Source of the DNA: Verrucomicrobiales bacterium
GTDB taxonomy: Bacteria; Verrucomicrobiota; Verrucomicrobiia; Limisphaerales; UBA1100
NCBI GenBank assembly: GCA_005809105.1
Contig: SYLI01000055.1
Coordinates: 5,039-69,038, forward strand
Reading direction: 5' to 3'
DNA length: 64,000 bases
Shown piece by piece: positions 54,612 through 62,564 of this stretch (position 1 is its first letter; each line of letters begins with the position of its first letter). The notes below the pieces were generated by a model that searched no databases, was not told the DNA's origin, and worked only from the letters and a program-made list of their open reading frames with translations. The position numbers and the translations under genes are program-made.

Positions 54612-55863
54612 CCAGCGCCAGTGTCATCGCCAGCGGCGCGAATCGGTCTGGCAGCGGTACCGTCGCGCTCGCCCAGTGTGCGCAGCCGTAATCCATTCCC
54701 ACGGCAAAGCCGATGCACACCACCACGAGCCAGGGCACCACGCGGTGATCGCCGCGCGCCAGAAGGTAATTGACCAGCACGCCGCCCAAAACCAGAGGCA
54801 GCATCGCCCATGCGAGCTTTGGAATCAGCGGGGCGATGCCCGCGTACTCGGGCTTGAAGCGCGCCATTCGCAGGGGAAGTTCCGGCCAGAGGGTCAGCCC
54901 GAATGCGATGAGCGCGCCGCCCGCGCCGGTGATGGCGAGGGTCCACCAAAGCGCGTTGGAACGCGCGAGGGTGCCGGTGGCGCTGACCACTTTTGGAAAC
55001 ATCACGGCAATCACCGGCCCCAGAAGCATCGGCAGCACGCGTCCCATCGTGCTGGCCGCCGCATACAGGCCGGCCTCGTTGCCAAAGTGGCGCTGCGCAA
55101 AAACCATGTCGGCGCTGGCCAAGAAAATCCCGGCGCCGGCTCCCAACGAAATGGGAACGAAGCGTCGAAGCCAGTCAGCCCACGGCACGCGCGTGCCCGC
55201 GCTGGGCGCCGGAGTGCGGCGCGCCGCCTGCCATGCCAGCGCGAGCGCGGCGAGGTATCCCAGCAGCACGCTCGACATGGCCGAGGGCGCCGAGCGCCAG
55301 CGCAGGACTTCAAAGAGCATGGCCACGGCGGCCAGTCGCACCAGTCCGTTGGCGAGCACGGCGCCGCCAAAGGCCGTGAATTGTTGCCGCCCCTGCAACG
55401 TTCCAGCCGCAAGAGGAAGCAGAAGTGCCGCCAAGGCCGCGCAAAAGGCGATGGCCATTGTTGCCGGATGGGCGATGTGCAGGGCACGCAGCGCGTGTCC
55501 TTGCAGTGCAAATAGGGCCGCGCCGGCGAGCAGCCATGCCACACCGATGGCTTTGGCCAACGCGGCCGTCGAGGCGGCCAGCTTTGCATGGTCGTCGGGC
55601 GTGCGCGCGGAGGCAGTCTGGTGCGCGATGAGGGTTTGCAATCCCACCGCGGGCCATGCCGCCATTTCCAAGAGCCGGATGGCTGCGGTGAAGTTTCCGT
55701 ATTCCGCAGTACCGGCCTTCTGCGCGAAGAGGTGCACGAGATAGCAGGCGAAGCCGCCTGTGAAGCTGGCCAGACTCACCCAAGTGCCCTGCCTGAGAAA
55801 TGCGGCGCGGGTCTCTTCGCCGGGCGGTTTGGCGGCCGTGGGGCCGGCAGCTTGGAGATTCAT
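54529..55863 (-). CDS. Polytopic membrane protein, polysaccharide flippase-like (MOP/Wzx-type), tentative
   Basis: About 445 aa with many hydrophobic helices, located in a glycan gene context. ATGA overlap with the upstream FkbM gene. The family call rests on topology and context only. Confidence 0.55.
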   Translation of the reverse strand: MNLQAAGPTAAKPPGEETRAAFLRQGTWVSLASFTGGFACYLVHLFAQKAGTAEYGNFTAAIRLLEMAAWPAVGLQTLIAHQTASARTPDDHAKLAASTAALAKAIGVAWLLAGAALFALQGHALRALHIAHPATMAIAFCAALAALLLPLAAGTLQGRQQFTAFGGAVLANGLVRLAAVAMLFEVLRWRSAPSAMSSVLLGYLAALALAWQAARRTPAPSAGTRVPWADWLRRFVPISLGAGAGIFLASADMVFAQRHFGNEAGLYAAASTMGRVLPMLLGPVIAVMFPKVVSATGTLARSNALWWTLAITGAGGALIAFGLTLWPELPLRMARFKPEYAGIAPLIPKLAWAMLPLVLGGVLVNYLLARGDHRVVPWLVVVCIGFAVGMDYGCAHWASATVPLPDRFAPLAMTLALANTGYLLVASWFVRLHRREEAAAAHVG

Positions 55864-56699
55864 GGCGAGCGCCGGGCCACGAGGTTGGTGTAGCATCGGC
55901 CTGGCAAGGAGGCGATGAGCTCCTCGTCATCGCGAAGAGGCTTCAAAGTGCCACCGCGCGCCAGTTGATGCACATTGAGTCCGGCGGCGCGCAATGTGGC
56001 CAACATAGCTTCGGGCGACGAGCCGGCCAGTCGAAGCCCCTGTGGCCAGAATTCGGTGAGCACAACCACACGCGGCGACTGCGCCAGAGTGCGCGCCATG
56101 CCGGCCAGCACGGCGCCTTCGGCACCTTGGACGTCGATCTTGACGAAGTGCACCTGGTTGATGCCGCGCGCCTCGAGTAAATCGTCCACGGTCTCTGCGG
56201 CGACCTCCACCGAGGGCCAGCCTTTGTCCGGCGCATACACGCGATTATCCCCGCGATTGTCGGAGGACAGGTAAAGGCGGAGTGTGCCCCGGGCGGCGGC
56301 GGCGGCGGCATTCAGGCACTCGACTGGCGCGCCCGTTGAAGCGTTGGCGTCGACGGTGTTTTCCAAGTATCGAAAACTTTCTGGATCAGGCTCCAAGGCA
56401 ACCACGCGTCCCGAGGGGCCGACGGCGTGCATCGCCAGCGCCGTGTAGCAGCCCACGTTGGCGCCGATGTCCACGACGGTCATCCCTGCCGCGCAGTGAT
56501 TCCTAAAGAACTGGATCTCGTCGCGTTCGTACACGCGCAGGGTCAGCGCCCCCGAAACCACGGGGTCGCGCGGATTGAGCACGACGGTGGCCGGCCCCAG
56601 TCGGATGCGAGGCGGCAGCAGCGCGCGGATGACGCTGTTTGCCAGCGGACGCAGAGGCCATGGACGCAGCAACCTGCAGTAGATAAATTCAGCCCACAT
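55860..56699 (-). CDS. FkbM family methyltransferase
   Basis: Contains the VVDIGANVGCYT SAM-binding motif and VHFVKIDVQGAE. Confidence 0.8.
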   Translation of the reverse strand: MWAEFIYCRLLRPWPLRPLANSVIRALLPPRIRLGPATVVLNPRDPVVSGALTLRVYERDEIQFFRNHCAAGMTVVDIGANVGCYTALAMHAVGPSGRVVALEPDPESFRYLENTVDANASTGAPVECLNAAAAAARGTLRLYLSSDNRGDNRVYAPDKGWPSVEVAAETVDDLLEARGINQVHFVKIDVQGAEGAVLAGMARTLAQSPRVVVLTEFWPQGLRLAGSSPEAMLATLRAAGLNVHQLARGGTLKPLRDDEELIASLPGRCYTNLVARRSP

Positions 56700-56817
56700 C
56701 CCCCGGCGGCCATCCAGCCAAGCCCCAAGCTAGCTGGGCAGGACGCCGATTGTCGAGAGGATGGATGTCGGCCGTTGTGGCTTGCTTGTCGGATGGAGGT
56801 GCCTTATACCGCGCCGC

Positions 56818-57702
56818 ATGTCGGACGCGGCGGTGTTGCAACTGGATTTGCCTGGGCTGAAAAAGGTGCGCAGCGGCAAGGTGCGCGAGATCTTTGACCT
56901 TGGAGAACATTTCCTCTTCGTCGCCAGCGATCGCATCAGCGCGTTTGATTGCGTGATACCCAATGGCATCCCTCGCAAGGGCGAGGTGCTGACCCAAATC
57001 TCGCATTTTTGGTTCGACCGCTTCGCGTCGTTGGCACCCAACCACCGAGTGGACGGCGCCCGCTTGCCCGCAGCCCTCGCGGCGCATCCCGCCAATCTGG
57101 AGCGGCGCAGCATGGTGGTTCGCAAGGCCAAGCCACTGGCCATCGAGTGCATCGTGCGAGGCTACCTTTCAGGCTCTGGTTGGAAGGAGTATCGCAAGGA
57201 AGGCACGGTCTGCGGTATTCGCCTGCCCACGGGCCTGACGGAATCGGCCGAGCTGCCCGAACCCATTTTTACACCCTCCACCAAGGCTGACACGGGCCAT
57301 GACGAGAACATCTCCTACTCCAAGGCCGTGGACATCGTGGGCGCCGAAATCGCCGCGACGGTGAGGAAACTCAGTCTCGACATCTACACGGCTGCCCGCG
57401 ACTACGCGCGCGAGCGTGGCATCATCATCGCCGACACGAAGTTTGAGTTTGGCGAACTTGACGGCGGGCTTTTGTTGATTGACGAAGTGCTCACGCCGGA
57501 TTCGTCGCGGTTCTGGCCCGCTGCCAAGTATGCCCCGGGCCGCGGCCAGCCCAGCTTCGACAAGCAATTTGTGCGCGACTATCTGGAGGGTCTGGACTGG
57601 GATAAGACGCCGCCAGCGCCCAAGCTTCCCGAGGAGATCGTGGCGCGAACCAAAGCCAAATATCTGGAGGGATTCGAGCGCCTGACCGGCCGGGCGCTTT
57701 GA
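56818..57702 (+). CDS. purC: Phosphoribosylaminoimidazole-succinocarboxamide synthase
   Basis: Motifs GKVREIFD, VASDRISAFD, GYLSGSGW, IADTKFEFG, DEVLTPDSSRFW, FDKQFVRDYL. Confidence 0.9.
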   Translation: MSDAAVLQLDLPGLKKVRSGKVREIFDLGEHFLFVASDRISAFDCVIPNGIPRKGEVLTQISHFWFDRFASLAPNHRVDGARLPAALAAHPANLERRSMVVRKAKPLAIECIVRGYLSGSGWKEYRKEGTVCGIRLPTGLTESAELPEPIFTPSTKADTGHDENISYSKAVDIVGAEIAATVRKLSLDIYTAARDYARERGIIIADTKFEFGELDGGLLLIDEVLTPDSSRFWPAAKYAPGRGQPSFDKQFVRDYLEGLDWDKTPPAPKLPEEIVARTKAKYLEGFERLTGRAL

Positions 57703-57757
57703 CTAAAAGGACGCGCGGGCTTGCCACACGTCGCCGGCTGGTTTTTCTTGGAGGCAG

Positions 57758-58678
57758 GTGGAAGCGTTGGTCGAAGACTTCGTGCAGCACGTGCGCCATG
57801 AGAAGGGGCATGCGCTGCACACCCAGAAAACCTACGCCGCGCTGCTGGGTCGGTTTGTGCGATGGGCCCGCGGGCGGCAGCACCTGTCGTGGGCGAGCCT
57901 CACGCGCCGCGACCTAACGGCCTTTCTGGAGGCCGAATCGCAGCGCCCGCGCGAGGGCGCGGCAAAGGCAAAGCGCGGCACGCTCAGCCCGGAGAGTGTG
58001 TACCTTCAAATCGCGGCGCTGCGGGCCTTCTACCGGTTCGCGGCGCGCGAGCAGCTCGTGCCGGCGGACATCGCCGCAAACCTGTCCCTGCCGCGGCGGT
58101 GGAAGCGCCTGCCGAAAGCACTGACGGGCGAGGAGGTCGCGGCACTGCTCAAGCCACCCGCACGCGAGGAGGCCCGCGACCTGTGCGACAGCGCGATATT
58201 GGAACTGGCGTACGCATCGGGATTGCGCTTGGCCGAACTGCGCGGACTGCGTCTGGAACAGCTGCATCTGGATGAAGGGTTCGTGTTTGTCGAGGGGAAG
58301 GGGGGCAAGCAGCGGGTGGTGCCGGTGGGCCGTCTGGCCCTTGCGGCGCTGAGGCGCTACCTCGAAAGCGCCCGGCCCAAGCTGGTCAAGCCGCGCTCAC
58401 CGGGCGTCGTCTTCCTCACTCATCGTGGCACGGCGTTTGCGCAGGCGACGATGTGGCTGCGCGTCAAGCATCGCGCGCGTCATGCCGGGATCGCGCGCAA
58501 CATCACCCCGCACATGCTGCGGCACAGTTTTGCCACCCATCTCCTAGAACGTGGCGCAGACCTGCGCGTCATTCAAGAGCTGCTTGGACACGCCAGCATC
58601 AGCACGACCGAGGTCTATACCCATGTCACCCGCGGGCACCTGGCGGAAGTCCACCGGAAGTACCACCCGCGCGCCTAA
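57758..58678 (+). CDS. Tyrosine recombinase, XerC/XerD family
   Basis: GTG start. Motifs LAYASGLRLAEL, HMLRHSFATHLLERGADLRVIQELLGHASISTTEVYTHV, terminal HPRA. Confidence 0.85.
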   Translation: MEALVEDFVQHVRHEKGHALHTQKTYAALLGRFVRWARGRQHLSWASLTRRDLTAFLEAESQRPREGAAKAKRGTLSPESVYLQIAALRAFYRFAAREQLVPADIAANLSLPRRWKRLPKALTGEEVAALLKPPAREEARDLCDSAILELAYASGLRLAELRGLRLEQLHLDEGFVFVEGKGGKQRVVPVGRLALAALRRYLESARPKLVKPRSPGVVFLTHRGTAFAQATMWLRVKHRARHAGIARNITPHMLRHSFATHLLERGADLRVIQELLGHASISTTEVYTHVTRGHLAEVHRKYHPRA

Positions 58679-58694
58679 GGCGTCCCTAAGAACA

Positions 58695-60032
58695 CTACTG
58701 GGGCTTCAATTCCAATTGCAGTGCCTCCCAAATGCGCTCGGCGGAGCGTCCGTCCGGGTTGCCAAACCAATGCTGTAGCACGGCGGCACGTTCCGGGTTC
58801 CAAATGAGCGCGTGTGTGTCTTGCGTTGTCCCCCACTCTGTCAGTTTGCGGGCGAACGCTTCCGCCGAGTCCGCATAGTCCACCGCGCCTCGGAAATCGA
58901 TCAGGAACGGTTGCATCTCCGGGTCGGCTGCCTCGGCGAATCGTGGCACCAAGACAGGCTTTCCGGCAGCGATGGATTCAAAGAGCGTCGTGCTGTGCAG
59001 GCCGATGACGAAATCGCAGCGGGTGATCAGTTCAAAGGGATCCCCACCCGCGATGATTTCCACATTGGCAGGAACCGGTGCGATGCGTTCCATTGCTTGT
59101 CGGATACTGGCTCCACGATCCGCCACGGCCTTCGCTTTGATGCGGATGAGCAGGCTGGGATTGCGGGTGGCGAGGAGTAGCAGGTCGCGGATGACCGCTT
59201 GCCACAATCGAGTCCAACTCGGTGTGCCATGTGCCGACTGTCCCTGTAGGAACAATTCGGGGGTGTGGATGCCCGTGTGTGGGTCGAACCAGAAAAAAAG
59301 CATTTCCCGACGGCGGTTGTCGGCCATCACATGCTGGGCGGTGCGCCAATGGTGGTAACGATCCAGCCGGGCCATGCCCACGACCTCAATCTTGTCTGGG
59401 GAAATCATGCCGCTCTGAATCTGGATGCCCCGCTCGATCTCGTTGTAAACCATCACCCGTCGGCCCATGAACCTCCCGACTCGCTCGCGATAATACTGAA
59501 CAAAGTGCGCGGCATTGGCAGGGGTCTTCAGGCCCTCTTTATGCAGCACCACGAAGGGGATGCCACGCGCCTCCAGCATCGCAGCCAGCTCCCGCTCCGC
59601 GTAATAGACATGATTGCCGCTTAACACTGCATCGAATGCGTGGCCCCGCCGTTCCAGATCATCCCACAGGCGTGCGAGGAAGGCGCGATAACGCAGCTTG
59701 GCCGCCTCGACTTCCGCAGGCTGTTTCGCGTACGTGTAGTCGCGTACGGCATCGGGCACGATCCCTCCAAACATGGCTTGAAAGTCGGTGCGTTGCGCTT
59801 GGAAGAGCCGCAATTCAGGCCGTCCTCCCAGTGCGGCCAGGATGTCCTCATTGAAACCTCCCTTGCTCAGGCTCAACAGCCGCAACGGTCGGCTTGCCCG
59901 ATCTGTGCCTGAATGAAGTTCCCGGATCCGGCGGCCGATCAAGAACGCCGCAACCCTTGATTTGCCCAGAAAAGCTAGGGCGGCAAGTAGCCGCATGAAC
60001 CAGAGCTTTCGGCTTAGAAATTCGATCTTCAC
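58695..60032 (-). CDS. Hypothetical protein, possibly a GT-B-fold glycosyltransferase or capsule-biosynthesis-like protein
   Basis: A 445-aa ORF in the lower-GC block, 3 nt downstream of the GT9 gene. The C-terminal pattern CDFVIGLHSTTLFESIAAGKPVLV resembles the GT-B donor-binding region. I recognise no firm family. Confidence 0.45.
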   Translation of the reverse strand: MKIEFLSRKLWFMRLLAALAFLGKSRVAAFLIGRRIRELHSGTDRASRPLRLLSLSKGGFNEDILAALGGRPELRLFQAQRTDFQAMFGGIVPDAVRDYTYAKQPAEVEAAKLRYRAFLARLWDDLERRGHAFDAVLSGNHVYYAERELAAMLEARGIPFVVLHKEGLKTPANAAHFVQYYRERVGRFMGRRVMVYNEIERGIQIQSGMISPDKIEVVGMARLDRYHHWRTAQHVMADNRRREMLFFWFDPHTGIHTPELFLQGQSAHGTPSWTRLWQAVIRDLLLLATRNPSLLIRIKAKAVADRGASIRQAMERIAPVPANVEIIAGGDPFELITRCDFVIGLHSTTLFESIAAGKPVLVPRFAEAADPEMQPFLIDFRGAVDYADSAEAFARKLTEWGTTQDTHALIWNPERAAVLQHWFGNPDGRSAERIWEALQLELKPQ

Positions 60033-60035
60033 AAT

Positions 60036-61106
60036 TCAGCCGCCAGAAGTTGTCGCGGGCTTTGATCCAGATGCTAGCAAAACTTTATCTGCGGCGGCCA
60101 TCACTTCGGCTACGGGAATGCTGGCGACGCACAAATAGGGCTGGTCGCGGGTACAGTTCATCCGCCCAAGGCGCCGACAACTGCAATCTCCTGTGAGGCA
60201 CACTGCCAGGCAACGCCACGGCCCCCATGCTTCCGGTTTGGCCTTTGCAAAGAGCACCACGGTTGGAGTCTGCATCGCCGCTCCAATATGCGCGGCGAGG
60301 GTATCCACGCATAAAAGGACACTGGCCCGCTGCGTCAGCAAGGCCTGCTGCGGTAAGGTCAGTCTGCCTTCCGTGCTGCAATGCGGGATCCGGGCAAGCT
60401 GGAGAATTTTACGAACATGATCCACCTCGAGTGGATCCGGCCCGCAACTGAAGATGACCCGCAGGCCGCGTGCGGCCAGTCCGTCCGCCACGGCCGCCCA
60501 GCGTTCGGGCAGCCATTGTTTGAAAGTCCAGCGACTGGTGGGATGAATCAGTGCCCACGGTCGATCCAGTTCAAGTTGGGGGGCCGCCAACCTGAGGTCC
60601 GACAGCGTGGCCGGCGTCTCAAGCACCAAGGGGCCTGGCTCGCTGGAAATGCCCATGACGTCGGAGACCGTACGGAAGTCGCGCAGCACTTGATGCTGGC
60701 TGTACCAGTTGAAATGGGAAAGGCGGTTGAACACAACCCCTTTCCAACCCGGCGAATAAACCTGATCGTTGCCTGCCCGGATCCGGCTGGCGGAGATCAG
60801 GAGAAGTACTTTGGCGCGGTCAGACGCAGACAGATCAAACGCAAAGTCATACCGGCGGAAGGCAAAGTGGCGCAGCATGGAGATCCCGTCCCTCAACTCA
60901 GAGACTGCAGAGCGATGCCCTGCGTCCGCGTGACCGAAGGCATGCAGACGGGAAATGTCCGGGTTGTCCGCCAGAATGGCTTCGCAGCCGCGTCTCACAA
61001 CCACGTCTATCTTTGCCGCTGGATAGTGCTGCCGCAGGCACCGGATCGTCGGCGTCAGCAGCAGTGTGTCGCCGATGTGGTTGAGTTTAACGAGCAGGAT
61101 TTTCAC
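60036..61106 (-). CDS. Glycosyltransferase family 9 (heptosyltransferase-like)
   Basis: Begins MKILLVKLNHIGDTLLLTP. Contains the DTLAAHIGAAMQTPTVVLF motif and a Cys-rich tail. Confidence 0.85.
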   Translation of the reverse strand: MKILLVKLNHIGDTLLLTPTIRCLRQHYPAAKIDVVVRRGCEAILADNPDISRLHAFGHADAGHRSAVSELRDGISMLRHFAFRRYDFAFDLSASDRAKVLLLISASRIRAGNDQVYSPGWKGVVFNRLSHFNWYSQHQVLRDFRTVSDVMGISSEPGPLVLETPATLSDLRLAAPQLELDRPWALIHPTSRWTFKQWLPERWAAVADGLAARGLRVIFSCGPDPLEVDHVRKILQLARIPHCSTEGRLTLPQQALLTQRASVLLCVDTLAAHIGAAMQTPTVVLFAKAKPEAWGPWRCLAVCLTGDCSCRRLGRMNCTRDQPYLCVASIPVAEVMAAADKVLLASGSKPATTSGG

Positions 61107-61427
61107 GCGGCAGCCACGACTTCCCAGCCGGATCGGCGCATCAGCTTGTCAGTGCCGAGATGGGATAGGGGCGGACATGTCTGGGGTTGCGCCATCACTA
61201 GTCCCCGGCGGCACAGCTTTGAACACACCCGACGAGGGCCAATAATACCTCCGCGCCGTTTCGTGCTCGCGGTGGTCAGGGACATGGATGCTGCCAATGA
61301 GGAGAAAAGGGAAGCATGGCGGCCACAAAATTCCCAGTAGAAACATAGGAGTGGGATGTTCCAACCAGTTCTCCAAGTATCTGCAACATCAGCCGATCCA
61401 GTGATGAGTTTAGAATTGCATCGAGGA

Positions 61428-62564
61428 ATGCGACCCTTAAGAGTCGTCATCAAAGTGAAGGTAAAAATCTTCGGCGCAGGTTCAATCGGCAATCACTTGG
61501 CTCACGGCTGTAGAAACAAGGGCTGGGAGGTGGTGATGGTCGATTTGGATGCCCGAGCTCTGCAGCGAACCAAGGAGCAAATATACCCGGGGCGTTATGG
61601 GGCTTGGGATTTGACAATCCGGCTAGCACAGCCCAACGAGGTGGCGAAAGACCCGTTCGACCTGGTGATCGTGGGCACGCCGCCTGACACTCATCTGAAG
61701 GTGGCTTTGCAACAACTGCGGGATTGTCCGCCCCGCGTGATGTTGATCGAAAAGCCCCTCTGCACCCCGACGTTGGAGGGGGCTGACGAGTTGGTGACGC
61801 AGAGTCGGGCGGCGGGGACGTTCGTGGCGACGGGTTACAATCACACACTCACGGCTAACACGATTCACGTCGAGAACCTGCTGGCGCAGGGAGTGGTGGG
61901 CAAGGTCTGCACCATCGCTGCAAGCTTCCGAGAATACTGGGGCGGCATTTTTTCAGCTCACCCATGGCTGGCTGGCCCACAGGACAGCTATCTAGGCTAT
62001 TCCAAACGCGGTGGGGGCGCGAGCGGTGAGCACTCCCATGCGGTTAACATCTGGCAGCATTTCGCACGACTGACAGGGGCCGGACGGGTGCGGGAAGTTT
62101 CTGCAATGCTGGACATGGTCGAGACTGGCCAGGTTTGTTACGATCGGATTTGCCAGCTTCATGTCCGCACCGAGCATGGTCTGGTAGGACTTATTGTGCA
62201 GGACGTGGTGACTGAGCCGGCGCAGAAACTGGCCCGAATTCAAGGGGAGGGCGGGCATGTGGAGTGGCTGGTGAATCCAATGAGCGGGCAGGATGCCGTG
62301 CGCTGGCAAGCTACTGGTGGCTCGGCCGGTGAAATGCTATTTCCAAAGCAGCGGCCGGATGATTTCAAAGGCGAGCTTGATCACATCGAAGGCTGTGTGC
62401 GCGGGGCTACTGATGACTCACCGGTGGCACTGGAGCGAGGGCTCGAGTCCATGATGGTTATCGCAGCAGCCCACGTTTCTCACCGGCTCCGGCGCTCGGT
62501 GACGATCGACTACTCCAAGGGGTGGAACTTGGAAGCCATCCAACCGACAGGGGAGGCGGCATGA
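61428..62564 (+). CDS. Gfo/Idh/MocA-like NAD(P)-dependent oxidoreductase
   Basis: Rossmann motif KIFGAGSIGNH and the IEKPL motif. The start is uncertain: ATG at 61428 or GTG at 61455 (MKVKIFGAG). Confidence 0.7.
   Translation: MRPLRVVIKVKVKIFGAGSIGNHLAHGCRNKGWEVVMVDLDARALQRTKEQIYPGRYGAWDLTIRLAQPNEVAKDPFDLVIVGTPPDTHLKVALQQLRDCPPRVMLIEKPLCTPTLEGADELVTQSRAAGTFVATGYNHTLTANTIHVENLLAQGVVGKVCTIAASFREYWGGIFSAHPWLAGPQDSYLGYSKRGGGASGEHSHAVNIWQHFARLTGAGRVREVSAMLDMVETGQVCYDRICQLHVRTEHGLVGLIVQDVVTEPAQKLARIQGEGGHVEWLVNPMSGQDAVRWQATGGSAGEMLFPKQRPDDFKGELDHIEGCVRGATDDSPVALERGLESMMVIAAAHVSHRLRRSVTIDYSKGWNLEAIQPTGEAA

Noticed and set aside
56292-56309. A (GGC)6 trinucleotide repeat.
   Set aside because: It lies in-frame inside the FkbM gene, where it encodes an Ala6 run. 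Such repeats are common in GC-rich coding DNA, and slippage would stay in frame.
56700-56817. A possible purine or ZTP-type riboswitch, or an operator, upstream of purC. The region contains repeated GGATGGA and TGTCGG words.
   Set aside because: I could not recognise the conserved cores of the purine or ZTP riboswitches. The short repeated words are too short to distinguish from chance without statistics.
57758-58678. The tyrosine recombinase as the integrase of a mobile island, given the GC drop downstream.
   Set aside because: The sequence has canonical XerC/XerD catalytic motifs and a housekeeping neighbour (purC). I found no flanking direct repeats, tRNA target, excisionase or other mobility genes. 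The compositional shift is reported separately as a glycan-cassette observation.
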